The position numbers and the translations under genes are program-made. A stretch of 64,000 nt of DNA, from assembly GCA_001794025.1 (NCBI GenBank), contig MGJA01000007.1, positions 219 through 64,218 on the forward strand, read 5' to 3'. This DNA is from Candidatus Yanofskybacteria bacterium RIFCSPHIGHO2_01_FULL_41_21. GTDB taxonomy: Bacteria; Patescibacteriota; Minisyncoccia; 2-02-FULL-40-12; GWA2-44-9. Below are positions 20,403-31,121 of the stretch, piece after piece. The stretch's first letter is position 1. Each line of letters opens with the position of its first letter. The notes beneath the pieces are model-generated. The model was given only the letters and a program-made list of their open reading frames with translations, made no database searches and had not been told where the DNA came from.

Positions 20403-21074
20403 TTACTTTTCGTCGCCTGAAAAGCGACGGCTCATAGCAAGGGCTTCCTCAGAAGAAGTCTCTCGCATGAGCTCCCTCAAACTCTTACCGCCCTTTTGGG
20501 GCGATGGCGGAACCGACTGGCTCGAGGAGGTGGTTGGCAACGTGGCTTGTGGAACCGTCTGCTCCGGGACACAGACGTATCCCTGAGGACAACCCTGCGC
20601 CACAGTGGCCGGCGCGGCCTGTTGAGTCTCAGGAGCCACCGGAGTAGTGGCAACGACCTGCGACGTCGGCAACGTCGGGGTCGTCATATCAACGTTCGGT
20701 GCGGCCTGTCCAGCAGTCGGCGCGACGGTGGCCTTTGCCGAACCCCACCAGGAACTCGGCGACCACAGCGAGAACGACCTCGCTGTCGCCGTTGCCGCCG
20801 GCCAGAGATCCGTACTCACCCGATTGTACAGAGTCACTCCCAACAGGAGCAGTCCGACAATCAGAACGATCCGCCAGATACCGTTGAACACTCGCAAGAT
20901 AGTGGCTCGGAAGTGCCACCCCGCTCCCAGAAGGATAATTAGGATGATCCAGAACCACCACGACTTGATGTCCATGGAGGACAGGATCGAGATCATGATA
21001 CCCGCGAGAAGAAGAATCCCCCCTCGTAGATACAAAAGGCCGGGACCCAGAAGCCATGCAATAACCCTTGCCAT
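20403..21074 (-). CDS. Hypothetical membrane protein with Pro/Thr-rich tail
   Basis: Three TM segments; GAGGTG SD; GC-richer than backbone. Confidence 0.65.
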   Translation of the reverse strand: MARVIAWLLGPGLLYLRGGILLLAGIMISILSSMDIKSWWFWIILIILLGAGWHFRATILRVFNGIWRIVLIVGLLLLGVTLYNRVSTDLWPAATATARSFSLWSPSSWWGSAKATVAPTAGQAAPNVDMTTPTLPTSQVVATTPVAPETQQAAPATVAQGCPQGYVCVPEQTVPQATLPTTSSSQSVPPSPQKGGKSLRELMRETSSEEALAMSRRFSGDEK

Positions 21075-21151
21075 AGTATCACCTCATAGAAAAGAGTTTT
21101 GTCAGGCGAGGCGGGATGCCTCGCCTGACGAGTTGTATTTCTCTACCCCAC

Positions 21152-22177
21152 CTACTGACGGCAGGGCTGCCCCTCGCACTTCGACGAGATAATCCAACCC
21201 TCCGAACCGCCCAGCGACACCCAATCCATATCGATGCCGGTGACGGGAACCGCCTGCCCGTTCTTCTGGCGATACACGAGGGCGTTGACCCCCGTGTTTC
21301 CCGCGGGGAGGATGAAAATCCTTTCCTCACCTGGCGGAACCAAGCACTGGTCAAGCGACCCGTCCTTGGCCATCAGGAGGAGATCGGACTCCCACATGTT
21401 GATGTAGATCGAACCACGCGCGACGTCCTTGACGTCGCGTGGGGTCAGGTCGTACTTGGAAAGCTGTTCCAGAAGGGTAATCCTAGTCCAGCACTTGCCA
21501 TACAGTTGCCTGGCAAGGGCCGAAACCATCAGGTTTTCCTCGGTAAAGGCCCTTTGAGGGGCCAACACCGGAGGTGCCTGCTGGTAGACCATCTCTTGAT
21601 CCGCCTGCTGGCCGGGATACGAAGACGTCTGGGACTGCTGCCCCGCCGGCATCTGCTGGACCTGCGGGTCATCCTCCATGAGGATTTCACCGCGAGGGGC
21701 TTTGGGTTCCCCTCTATACCTGGAATCGTTGGTGAGAACGGCACCTGCCGCTGCCTCTACCCAGCCCCATGGACTTCTGGGGTTGATGGCCGCTCGACGA
21801 ATACCGTCAACAACCATCACGATTCCCGCACCACGCTCAATGCGCTGACGCATGTTTGGAGGGAGATGCCGCATTTGTTCATTGTACAAAGGGAAGAACC
21901 CTCGAGGGTTACTTACCCCGTACATACGTGCCTCTTCATTCCACCCGAAATCGCTGACCACCGTCCGAATCCGGGCACGACGGTACTGATCACCCATCCG
22001 ACGGACCATCGCCAAATTGTCGGCAGTGAGCATTCCCACCTGGTCCCCACGAACCAGGTAGTACCAACCTTCAATCGACTGGGGCACGTATCCCCAACGG
22101 ATCTGCGCGTTGGCCGTGGTGGCCGACGCGAGAAGTACGAGAACAGCGAACAGCGCGAGAATCATCTTCTTCATGGC
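21152..22177 (-). CDS. Hypothetical secreted protein
   Basis: Signal peptide MKKMILALFAVLVLLASATTANA; AGGAG SD. Confidence 0.7.
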   Translation of the reverse strand, partial: AMKKMILALFAVLVLLASATTANAQIRWGYVPQSIEGWYYLVRGDQVGMLTADNLAMVRRMGDQYRRARIRTVVSDFGWNEEARMYGVSNPRGFFPLYNEQMRHLPPNMRQRIERGAGIVMVVDGIRRAAINPRSPWGWVEAAAGAVLTNDSRYRGEPKAPRGEILMEDDPQVQQMPAGQQSQTSSYPGQQADQEMVYQQAPPVLAPQRAFTEENLMVSALARQLYGKCWTRITLLEQLSKYDLTPRDVKDVARGSIYINMWESDLLLMAKDGSLDQCLVPPGEERIFILPAGNTGVNALVYRQKNGQAVPVTGIDMDWVSLGGSEGWIISSKCEGQPCRQ

Positions 22178-22404
22178 ACTCTCCTGAAAGCCCCTGCGCA
22201 TCATGCACAAGGGCGAAAACGAACTGAACTTATTTGATTGTCAGGGTACATCCCTAACCATCTGAATACTTCTATTATATCACCTTTTGATTATTTTGTA
22301 AAGCTTGACTTTATGCCCTAAAAATGGCCTTATTTTAATCCCCTTTTGCTGTTTTTGTTTAGAATTGAAATTTTTTCTATTTCCTAATTTCTATTTCCTA
22401 AAAC

Positions 22405-22776
22405 CTATTCAATATTTTTATAGTGTCTTATTTTTGCCACTCCCCGCTCTTTCACAAAAGCAACGGCAACTACATCCATCTGCCATGGTTGATCGTCTGG
22501 ATAATGATTGTCCGAAAGGTACGTCCGAGCAATGCGAGCCATCCGATGACGCTTATCGGTATTCACTCGAAGCTCTGGTTCAAAACCCGCAATATCTTTT
22601 TTGCTGGCTTTGACTTCCACGAAAATAACTATCCCCTCTTTCTCAACAATGATATCAATTTCACCCCATGGTTTACGATAATTGTGCCCCTTGATTTCAT
22701 AACCTTTGGATTTTAAATATTCAGCCGCATAATGTTCGGCAAAAAATCCCAGTTCACTTGTTCCTCTTAATGGCAT
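22405..22776 (-). CDS. YraN/UPF0102 family endonuclease-like protein
   Basis: NYRKPWGEIDII...FVEVK. Confidence 0.9.
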   Translation of the reverse strand: MPLRGTSELGFFAEHYAAEYLKSKGYEIKGHNYRKPWGEIDIIVEKEGIVIFVEVKASKKDIAGFEPELRVNTDKRHRMARIARTYLSDNHYPDDQPWQMDVVAVAFVKERGVAKIRHYKNIE

Positions 22777-22825
22777 AGATGAAATTTAACACTTTTTTCT
22801 ATCCACACGGTGTGGATAGAACTGA

Positions 22826-24067
22826 TTGACCTTTGGGGGTCAAGTATGGTACCTTAGGTGTACGTTCTCGCAAGAGAATTTTTCCGTTCTTAGGCCATTT
22901 TTAGCCCCCGATCCCATTAGGACTATCCTCACAAATAAAGCTCGCAAAGTTCAAACGGCCGTTCGGCCTTTTTCGTGTCATCTCGGACGCTTTCTTAAAT
23001 CTGAAAGGAACCAGCTTGGAATAATCCTTGGAATTGCTCTCATCCTTATTATCATTAAGGGGCCGGGGAGTAACCAATCGGGTATTATCGGTAATGTCGT
23101 CCGGCATTACATAGAGGAAACATCGGCCTCTATCATCCCAACTGATAAAAACTCCCAACTAACTGACATCGGCAGTTTGATGGGTGGAAGCACTTCAATC
23201 ATTTATCCAGCTAACCCCTCAACTATTTATGAAGGTCGGGGAGGTCCTGGAGAAGATACTCCACCAGAAACATATACCATTCAAAATAGTTCTATTCAAA
23301 GTATTGATTCGGCCTCAACCGACTATCTCAACGATATCAAGCCAAACAAGATTATTGAGTACACCATCCAACCCGGAGACGCTTTATCATTTATCGCTTC
23401 CGACTATGGAGTAACCGTCAATGATATTATTTGGGCAAACAATTTAAAGGACGTGGATAGCATCAAACCGGAACAAATTATAAGGATTCCGCCGGTCTCT
23501 GGGGTTATATATAAAATCAAAAGTGGCGATACTGTAAGTTTAATCGCTAAAAAATATGGGATTGATGAAGAAAAAATCAAATCTTTCAACGATATTTCTG
23601 AAAATGGCAATTTAAATATAAACGACGAAATAATAGTACCAGGAGGCAAAATGACGACGCAACCTAAAACCAAAGTCCAGACAGCAACGTCAACATTTGC
23701 CCATTTACCCAACCTTGGTGACTATTTTGCGCTTCCAACTAAGGGCCGAATTAGCCAAGGGCTTCACGGAAGAAATGGAGTAGATATTGCGGCTTCCTGT
23801 GGTACTAGTATTTTCGCCGATGCTGATGGAACAGCAACGACAGTTGATGATACTGGATATAACGGGGGATTTGGTAAATTAATTAAATTATCTCATCCCA
23901 ATGGCACGGAATCACTTTTTGGTCATGCCAACAAACTTTTAATAACCGTCGGACAAGTAGTCATTAAAGGTCAATTAATAGCCATTATGGGCAGTACTGG
24001 CCGTTCTACTGGTTGCCACCTTCACTGGGAGGTTCATGGTGCTAAGCACCCATTATCTGGATCTTAG
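22826..24067 (+). CDS. LysM-domain M23 family peptidase
   Basis: Two LysM repeats; HGRNGVDIA; GRSTGCHLHWEV; start uncertain. Confidence 0.9.
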   Translation: MTFGGQVWYLRCTFSQENFSVLRPFLAPDPIRTILTNKARKVQTAVRPFSCHLGRFLKSERNQLGIILGIALILIIIKGPGSNQSGIIGNVVRHYIEETSASIIPTDKNSQLTDIGSLMGGSTSIIYPANPSTIYEGRGGPGEDTPPETYTIQNSSIQSIDSASTDYLNDIKPNKIIEYTIQPGDALSFIASDYGVTVNDIIWANNLKDVDSIKPEQIIRIPPVSGVIYKIKSGDTVSLIAKKYGIDEEKIKSFNDISENGNLNINDEIIVPGGKMTTQPKTKVQTATSTFAHLPNLGDYFALPTKGRISQGLHGRNGVDIAASCGTSIFADADGTATTVDDTGYNGGFGKLIKLSHPNGTESLFGHANKLLITVGQVVIKGQLIAIMGSTGRSTGCHLHWEVHGAKHPLSGS

Positions 24068-24157
24068 AACAGGTTCCTCGCTTTAAAAAATCAAATATTC
24101 CAACAAAAAATCGCCTAAAGGCGATTTTTTGTTTCGGACGGAACTAATATAAAAAAC

Positions 24158-25696
24158 TTAATTACTTTCTCCCAGTAACTTCTCATTAATCTTGAGAGAA
24201 ATTGCTTCGGCAATATGATTAGGTTTGATTAATTCTGACTTATCCAAATCGGCAATTGTCCGACTAAGTTTCTTTATTTTGTGGTATGCCCGAAGAGATA
24301 ACGCCCTAGATGCCACCGCATTTTGAAGAAGTTTTTCCGCTTCCGGTTCCAATTGGCACCATTTATCAATGTTTTTATAAGATATTTCAGCATTAGTAAA
24401 TATTTTTGAATTCCTAAATCTGACAAGTTGGGTAGCCCGAGCATTAGCCACTTTTTCTCTTATTTCATTGAACTTTTTGATCGGCATTGGCTCTTGATTG
24501 ATTGTTGACGTTTCTCTCGGAACATTAATTTGAATATCAATTCTATCCAAGAGGGGACCGGAGATTTTCTTGCGATAACGGATAACATTCATGGGTGAAC
24601 AAATACAATCGGCCCTTAACTCACCATAATTACCGCACGGACAAGGATTCATTGCAGCGACAAGAGTAAATTTAGCGGGTAATTGTATTGATCCAGATGC
24701 CCTAGAGACCGTGATTAGACCCTCTTCAAGCGGTTCTCTTAAACTTTCCAGAACATGACGGGGAAATTCGGGCAATTCATCAAGAAACAAAATTCCTCTA
24801 TGAGCTAAACTAATTTCTCCTGGTTTAGGGCTGGTCCCACCACCAACCATAGCTGGAGCTGAACTTGTATGATGTGGGCTACGAAATGGACGATTAGACA
24901 TAAGGGACGAGCCATTCACAAGGCCTAGAGAACTATAAATACGAGTTACTTCAATTGCTTCAGGAAACGAAAGATTAGGCATTAAATCAACTAGGGCCTT
25001 GGCCAAAAGGGTCTTCCCAGAACCCGGGGGACCACTCATAAGAATATTATGCCCACCAGCCGCAGCCACCATTAGAGCGTGTTTGGCGGTTTCTTGACCC
25101 TTTATTAAACGGAATGCTTCACCATCATCTTCAGAGATAATTGTCTTAGGTGCTTGATATTTTGCTGGCTTCAAAGGTTTTATTCCACTCAAATGATCAA
25201 TGAGTTCAGTAATGGTACTCGCCCCAAACACATTCAAACCTTTAATAATTGAGGCCTCACCGGCATTAGTGACAGGAACAATAATCTCTTTAAATCCTAG
25301 ATTTTTAGCTAATATTGCGGCTGAAAGGACACCATTAACTGGTTTTATAGCTCCATTTAGAGACAATTCACCTAAAAACACTTTATCTGACGTATCAAAT
25401 TTTACTTGTCCTGTTTCTAAAAGGTACCCAACTGCAATAGGTAAGTCATAAGCAGGACCTTCTTTACGAATGTCGGCTGGGGCAAGATTTATGATAATTC
25501 TCTTGTGTTTTGCACTAGGAGGAATAAGGGCATTTGTCCGGATAGCCGAAGCGATTCTTTCTTTGGATTCTTGAACGGCTTTATCGGGCAAACCGACAAT
25601 ATTAAAAGCGTGTAAACCGGGAGTTGAATCAACCTCAACTTCAATCAGTTGAGCATCAATTCCGTTTATTGAGGCCGAGAATAGGCGAACAGACAC
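24158..25696 (-). CDS. comM: ComM/YifB Mg-chelatase-like AAA+ ATPase
   Basis: INLAPADIRKEG, GPPGSGKT, GEISLAHRGILFLDE, NPCPCG. Confidence 0.93.
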   Translation of the reverse strand: MSVRLFSASINGIDAQLIEVEVDSTPGLHAFNIVGLPDKAVQESKERIASAIRTNALIPPSAKHKRIIINLAPADIRKEGPAYDLPIAVGYLLETGQVKFDTSDKVFLGELSLNGAIKPVNGVLSAAILAKNLGFKEIIVPVTNAGEASIIKGLNVFGASTITELIDHLSGIKPLKPAKYQAPKTIISEDDGEAFRLIKGQETAKHALMVAAAGGHNILMSGPPGSGKTLLAKALVDLMPNLSFPEAIEVTRIYSSLGLVNGSSLMSNRPFRSPHHTSSAPAMVGGGTSPKPGEISLAHRGILFLDELPEFPRHVLESLREPLEEGLITVSRASGSIQLPAKFTLVAAMNPCPCGNYGELRADCICSPMNVIRYRKKISGPLLDRIDIQINVPRETSTINQEPMPIKKFNEIREKVANARATQLVRFRNSKIFTNAEISYKNIDKWCQLEPEAEKLLQNAVASRALSLRAYHKIKKLSRTIADLDKSELIKPNHIAEAISLKINEKLLGESN

Positions 25697-25719
25697 AAGA
25701 GTGGAAAGTTAAAACAAAA

Positions 25720-26076
25720 TTATCCGGCACAATCAATACAAAATTGGGCCATAGGCATAGCCAAAAGACGTTCTATGGGAATTTCTACGCCACATTTCTC
25801 ACAAATGCCGTAGTGGCCCGTTTTGAGCTTCTCCTGGGCTTTTAAAATGGCCTCTAGGTGATGTTTGAGTTCTTGTTCAAGGGCTGTATTGGTTTCCGTA
25901 ATTGTTGCTTCGCGAGCAATATCATCTTCACGAACATCTCCCTCGTAATCAGCTGGTATGGGCTGAAATCCACCTGAAGCCGGATCAGCAACTGCAACCT
26001 CTCCCAATTCTTTACGGGCTAGAATTTCTTCCTCCTTTAATAATTGGGTTAATTTTTCTAAATCTTGGGAAGTCAT
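25720..26076 (-). CDS. TraR/DksA C4-type zinc-finger protein
   Basis: YGICEKCGVEIPIERLLAMPMAQFCIDC. Confidence 0.88.
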   Translation of the reverse strand: MTSQDLEKLTQLLKEEEILARKELGEVAVADPASGGFQPIPADYEGDVREDDIAREATITETNTALEQELKHHLEAILKAQEKLKTGHYGICEKCGVEIPIERLLAMPMAQFCIDCAG

Positions 26077-26330
26077 AGAACTTATGTTATTCCAATGTAT
26101 AAAAAAAGCAACAAGGAGCGAAGGCGACGCAGTGCCCTGCGAGAGTACGAGCGGGTATAAACAAGAAATAAAAGAGGACCCAGATAGTCGCTTTTAAGAT
26201 TTAATTGCGAGTGTGACACTGAGTCCCCAAGCCCAATTTTGCCGGCGGTCCATAATTATTATCAAACCTCCAGCTACTTTCAAAGATCTATAACTGCAAC
26301 TTACCCTTACTCATCTAGTATAGTGCCATG

Positions 26331-26500
26331 GTGACACTGGTGTCAATGTGGATAAGTGTCACCAAAAATGTCACCAGTTTTATAAATGTCACCATCATCA
26401 AATAAATGGCTTAAACAGGTGTCTTTTAATGGTGACACGATGGTGACATTTATAAATGTCACCATGTCACTAGTGTCACCAAAAATGTCACTTAGTGACA
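26331..26500. repeat. Cluster of 11 TGTCAC/GTGACA hexamers in both orientations, with one DnaA box
   Basis: Counted directly; TGTGGATAA at 26347; palindrome atggtgacatttataaatgtcaccat. Confidence 0.85.
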
Positions 26501-26505
26501 GGATA

Positions 26506-26543
26506 TAAACACCCCGCCTTTTTATAAAAAGGCGGGGTGTTTA
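26506..26543. terminator. Terminator hairpin
   Basis: taaacaccccgcctt...aaggcggggtgttta. Confidence 0.65.
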
Positions 26544-26565
26544 ATTAAAAACTATTTAAGGACTT

Positions 26566-28029
26566 CTATTTTCCTAGAACCGCGAAAGAATCGATGGTTG
26601 CAAACATTGCTTCACGAGAACCGGCAATAATCAAATAGGTCTTTCCGTTATATTGCATCAGGGCATAATCAATGGAGTGATCGGGATAAGGAAAATTCTT
26701 AAAGTGGACTGATACACCACTATAATTAGTGGTCAAAAATGGACCGATATTTTTGGCCGGTGTAATACCCATAATCCCTGCCAAATCATTGCTCATGGTT
26801 GATTCCCAACCCTGAAGAATACTGGCGGAGGAGCTGGCTATTTCACTAATTATTACAAATCGAGAACCCGGAATTGTGTTGGTGGCCGGCTGACCTTTAC
26901 TGTCAAAAGATTCTTTTTGGCCGTACAACAAGAATTTATAATTTTGACCCAGTGCTGTTTGAAATGCTGGCGGATACGATACCACAAAGCGATTTAAGAG
27001 ACCGGAAATTGTAAGGGGTTGAGCGCTACTAGAGGAAGCCCCGCTAGATATATCCATCACGACAAAGGTCTGGGAAGTTACAGGTTGGGCACCAATACTA
27101 TTGCTAAATGCAGTCGTTGGATCTCCGGATTGTGGGAGAACAATTGTTCCACCCCGAGTTGTAAATATTGTAGATAATACATCCGGGTTTGGTGTGGCGG
27201 TAGGACGGGGAGTGAAGGTAGGAATTGGGGACTCCATGGCAACTTGGTCGGTACGAATCATAAAATACCAATAAAGACCGCCGAGAAGGACTACTGCTAC
27301 AGCAATACCAACAAAGATAAGATTCCTTGAATTTGAACCGGAACCAACCGGTTTATCCTCTGTTGGTGGAACATAGAATTGATTCTTTTGATCAAATTTT
27401 GTTTCTGGCGCTCTAGTGGACGGAGTAGCTGGAGGCATAACCGGACGGGGAATTGGGGCAGGAGTTGGGGTTTTCGGTGTCTGACTTTGATTGGGAGCAG
27501 TCGACAAAGGGGCTGATTTTGTGGCCGAAGGCATACTCGCAGTTGGTCCTGATTTTGGTGACATTGGAACGGGAGTAGTCGGAACAACTGGAGTAACCGG
27601 AGCTGTTGGGATATTATCAATCTTCCTGGGAATATTAACACCTTGAGGTTGTTGACCGGCTTTAATCTTAGCCATGTCATCAGCCATTGTCCGAATAGAT
27701 GATTGGTATTCTTTTGGAACTGAAGGAGTAACTGGTGGTGTCCCGATTCCTCCCCCGACTGGAGTCGAGGGTTGAGGAATCGAGGATCCTCGACTTTGAG
27801 ACACCGACGGAGTCGGTGGTAAAGTCGGGAGAGGAGTCGGACGGGAAGGCATACTTGGAGTTAAAGGAGCCGGCGCCGGCTGTGGTATTGGTTTTGGCGC
27901 CTGATTTGGAATAGAAGAAGTTGGCCCATTAGCAGACGCAGGTGGATAATTTTGCGGACGACTTAATTCTTTAACTAAATCATCTATGTTTGATTGGGGA
28001 ACTGATGAGTTTGGACTTTTGTCGTCCAT
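26566..28029 (-). CDS. Hypothetical proline-rich single-pass membrane protein
   Basis: Pro/Ser/Thr-rich N-half; IRTMADD motif; one TM; C-terminal domain. Confidence 0.75.
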   Translation of the reverse strand: MDDKSPNSSVPQSNIDDLVKELSRPQNYPPASANGPTSSIPNQAPKPIPQPAPAPLTPSMPSRPTPLPTLPPTPSVSQSRGSSIPQPSTPVGGGIGTPPVTPSVPKEYQSSIRTMADDMAKIKAGQQPQGVNIPRKIDNIPTAPVTPVVPTTPVPMSPKSGPTASMPSATKSAPLSTAPNQSQTPKTPTPAPIPRPVMPPATPSTRAPETKFDQKNQFYVPPTEDKPVGSGSNSRNLIFVGIAVAVVLLGGLYWYFMIRTDQVAMESPIPTFTPRPTATPNPDVLSTIFTTRGGTIVLPQSGDPTTAFSNSIGAQPVTSQTFVVMDISSGASSSSAQPLTISGLLNRFVVSYPPAFQTALGQNYKFLLYGQKESFDSKGQPATNTIPGSRFVIISEIASSSASILQGWESTMSNDLAGIMGITPAKNIGPFLTTNYSGVSVHFKNFPYPDHSIDYALMQYNGKTYLIIAGSREAMFATIDSFAVLGK

Positions 28030-28097
28030 AGTGGTGAGAATTAATTTATTACTATCAGCATATCACAAGCGCAAATTATTTTATACACACCGCTCCA

Positions 28098-28301
28098 CCG
28101 TTGTCATTTGTTTACGGCTTCCTCTCGGACTATTTCTGGTCGCCTCTCCTTATTTCTCCGACCGTCCGAAGCAACTTCTGTCAGGCCATGCGGCTCGCCT
28201 TTGGCGACCCGTTCCTGACATCTTCGGGCCGGTACCCGGAGAAATAACGTCGAAGCTTCCGAAATAGAACCGATTGTGCAGATGCAAACAAATGACAACG
28301 G
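28098..28301. ncRNA. ~204-nt rod-like hairpin with internal bubbles (6S-like RNA or MITE)
   Basis: Nested complementary pairs: ccgttgtcatttgttt/aaacaaatgacaacgg, ctatttc/gaaatag, ttatttctccg/cggagaaataa, ccgaag/cttcgg, tgtcagg/cctgaca. Confidence 0.4.
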
Positions 28302-28364
28302 CTTCGCTCAATTTTAAAATTAACAAAAGACCGCCAGAAGGGCCGTCTTTTGTTAATAATTTAC

Positions 28365-30533
28365 TTAGTCCCGCGGAGATTTCATCGTTAAATTGAGACG
28401 TCCTTGGTCATCTATTTTTTTCACCCAGACGTGAACCTTCTGGCCTTCTTTTACTTTATCACTGGGGTGATTAACACGTTCATTGGCCATTTCTGAAACA
28501 TGGACCAAACCATCAATGCCCGGCAAGATTTCAACAAAAGCACCAAAATCCATTATCTTTACTACCGTGCCATCAAATTCATCACCGGGTTCGGGCTCAT
28601 AGGTGATTTGTTTGATAAGTTTCAATGCTTTATCCATACCATCCGAAGTGGCTGAAGTTACAAATACAGAACCGTCATCTTCAATATCAATTTCAGCGCC
28701 GGTCTGTTCAATAATGGCATTGATATTTTTACCTCCCGGTCCAATTAAAGCACCAATTTTGGCGGGATTAATTTTCACGGTTTGAATTCTTGGGGCGTGT
28801 GGAGAAAGATCGGACCGGTGAGTATTAATCGCCGTCGTGATAACTTTCAGTATTTCCAAACGAGCTTTGAGGGCTTGGGTTAATGTCTCTTCAACAATCT
28901 GGGGAGTAATACCTTCAATTTTCACATCCATTTGCATACCCGTCACCCCCGTAGCCGTACCGGCTACTTTCAAATCCATATCACCGTGGTGATCTTCCGG
29001 TCCTTGAATATCAGTGAGTATTTTATATTTCATTCCGCCAGAGGCGGATTTCGCTTCGCTCAACATTAATCCCATGGCAATACCGGCGGCAGGAGCTTTG
29101 ATTGGAACACCACCATCCATAAGAGCAAGAGTAGAGCCACAGACCGAAGCCATAGAAGACGAGCCATTTGAAGAGAGTATTTCCGATACCAGACGAATAG
29201 TATAAGGGAAATCTGCCCGTTCAGGAATGATAGGTTCAAGTGAACGTTCCGCCAGATAACCATGTCCAATTTCTCGTCTACCCGTCGCCCCAATCCGACC
29301 AACCTCACCAACACTGTAAGGAGGAAAACCATAGTGATGGAAGAATCGCTTTTTAGTCAAATCAATTTCCATTGATTCAAACCATTGTTCCATTCCTGGC
29401 GCGCCGAGTGTTAGAATTGATAACGCTTGAGTAGTACCGCGATTAAATAAACCTGAGCCGTGGGTGCGGGGAAGGATAGAAGTGTCAGCCGAGAGTGGGC
29501 GAAGTTCATCCATTTTTCGACCATCGGGACGCTTGTCTTCGTTAAGAATATTTTTGTGAACGGCCTGGTCAATTTCATCTTCAAAGATAATACCGGCTTC
29601 GTCCAATTTCTTTTTTAGTTCAGCATCGCCTTCATGAGCAGAGAGGTCTTTGAATTCTTCTTTAAGATAAGCCATCAATTCTTCTTTAACTTGACCCAAG
29701 CCCTCATAGAAAGCAGTTTTTTCTTTGCCAGGGGCGTATAAAGCAAGCTGAAGTTTCGGTCCGGAAAAATTCTTCACCATAGCCGACAAAGCTTCGTCAT
29801 GAACAAAAATTTCAAGTTCTTTTTTCTTCTTGCCGATTTCTCCAGCGATTTTGTTTTGTAAATCAATCAAGCCCTTAAGAGCATCAAAGCCATTGGAAAT
29901 AGCACCAGCAATATCTTTTTCGGGAATAATCTTGGCGCCGGCTTCAATCATGTTTATTTTATCGGCCGTGCCGGCAACGACAATATCAAAATCGCTGGTC
30001 GCTCGTTCCTGATAAGTCGGGTTGAGAATCAATTTACCGTCAACTCCTGCCTCGCTGGCTGGCAGGCGCCCAATACGAATACCAGCGACGGGGCCGTTGA
30101 AGGGGATATCGGAAATCATTAAGGCCAGAGAAGCGCCAAATAATGCCGGCATATCGGGATCATTAATACCATCAAACGATAAAACCGTCGCAATGACTTG
30201 GATTTCGTTGCGGATTTTATTATTGAAACGAGGACGAATTGAACGGTCAATCAGCCGGCCCGTAAGAATAGCGTCTTCAGTGGGTCGACCCTCACGTTTA
30301 ATCCATTTGGAACCTTTAATTTTACCGGCAGCGTAATACTTTTCTTCATACTCAACTTGCAACGGCATATAATCCACGGCCTTCACATGAGCGGACATGG
30401 TCGCATTAACCATAACCACGGTTTCACCATACTGAACACTAACCGTACCATTGGCCTGACCGCCAAAACGCCCAACTTCCACCGTCAGCGGTTTACCCGC
30501 AAACTCGGTAGAGTATTTTTTTACTTCTGCCAT
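28365..30533 (-). CDS. pnp: Polyribonucleotide nucleotidyltransferase
   Basis: [36 protein letters not shown]; KH and S1 domains. Confidence 0.97.
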   Translation of the reverse strand: MAEVKKYSTEFAGKPLTVEVGRFGGQANGTVSVQYGETVVMVNATMSAHVKAVDYMPLQVEYEEKYYAAGKIKGSKWIKREGRPTEDAILTGRLIDRSIRPRFNNKIRNEIQVIATVLSFDGINDPDMPALFGASLALMISDIPFNGPVAGIRIGRLPASEAGVDGKLILNPTYQERATSDFDIVVAGTADKINMIEAGAKIIPEKDIAGAISNGFDALKGLIDLQNKIAGEIGKKKKELEIFVHDEALSAMVKNFSGPKLQLALYAPGKEKTAFYEGLGQVKEELMAYLKEEFKDLSAHEGDAELKKKLDEAGIIFEDEIDQAVHKNILNEDKRPDGRKMDELRPLSADTSILPRTHGSGLFNRGTTQALSILTLGAPGMEQWFESMEIDLTKKRFFHHYGFPPYSVGEVGRIGATGRREIGHGYLAERSLEPIIPERADFPYTIRLVSEILSSNGSSSMASVCGSTLALMDGGVPIKAPAAGIAMGLMLSEAKSASGGMKYKILTDIQGPEDHHGDMDLKVAGTATGVTGMQMDVKIEGITPQIVEETLTQALKARLEILKVITTAINTHRSDLSPHAPRIQTVKINPAKIGALIGPGGKNINAIIEQTGAEIDIEDDGSVFVTSATSDGMDKALKLIKQITYEPEPGDEFDGTVVKIMDFGAFVEILPGIDGLVHVSEMANERVNHPSDKVKEGQKVHVWVKKIDDQGRLNLTMKSPRD

Positions 30534-30773
30534 GTATGATTACCAACAAAAGAGAGAGCCCGCCCCGTCGTAACGATTCGGGTAAAAAACAATCCTGGCC
30601 ACACGCCTCAAATCAATTTAAGAAGTATGGCTAAAATTGCCCCATTTCGATTGCTTACTTTATACTTTTGTCGGTTGTTAATTAACTTATTGGAATTTTA
30701 GCACATAAAAGTAAAAATGCAACTGGATTGTCATTTTTAAAAATTAATACTATTCTACCGATCGGAGGACCTT

Positions 30774-31091
30774 ATGGCCGAAGAAAAAAATAAGATAAAC
30801 TCTCTCACTGAACTGCTCAAGCAACGCAACGGTTTCGTATCAATTCGTGAAGCAATTGAACTCCTTGGGCCAGAGGAATATAGTTCATGTCTCGTCGATT
30901 TGGTCACCAAGGACGAAGATGACGAAGAAAGTGCCACCTTGTTCTTTCAGAACGGTGACAGTGCCACAGGAAAACCAACTCATGTCTGCTTTTCCAGCGC
31001 ATTTATGGACTGGTTCTGTGACAAAGTTGATACTGCTCTCGAACAACAGGGAGTATTGAGCCCAAGAACGAAAGGGGTCAAGATTGTCTGA
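30774..31091 (+). CDS. Hypothetical protein
   Basis: GGAGGA SD; downstream hairpin gccgcccttcggggcggc. Confidence 0.55.
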   Translation: MAEEKNKINSLTELLKQRNGFVSIREAIELLGPEEYSSCLVDLVTKDEDDEESATLFFQNGDSATGKPTHVCFSSAFMDWFCDKVDTALEQQGVLSPRTKGVKIV

Positions 31092-31121
31092 AAACGCCGC
31101 CCTTCGGGGCGGCACTTTCAT

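Noticed and set aside
21116-22237. Long plus-strand ORFs here and at 58554-59342
   Set aside because: Antisense shadows of GC-rich genes that have better starts and features on the minus strand.
22798-22820. Inverted DnaA-like boxes (ctatccaca/tgtggatag)
   Set aside because: One mismatched pair in a divergent promoter region; insufficient to assign a function.
26331-26500. CRISPR array or oriC
   Set aside because: Repeats are 6-9 bp, in mixed orientation and without spacers; only one perfect DnaA box and no dnaA nearby.
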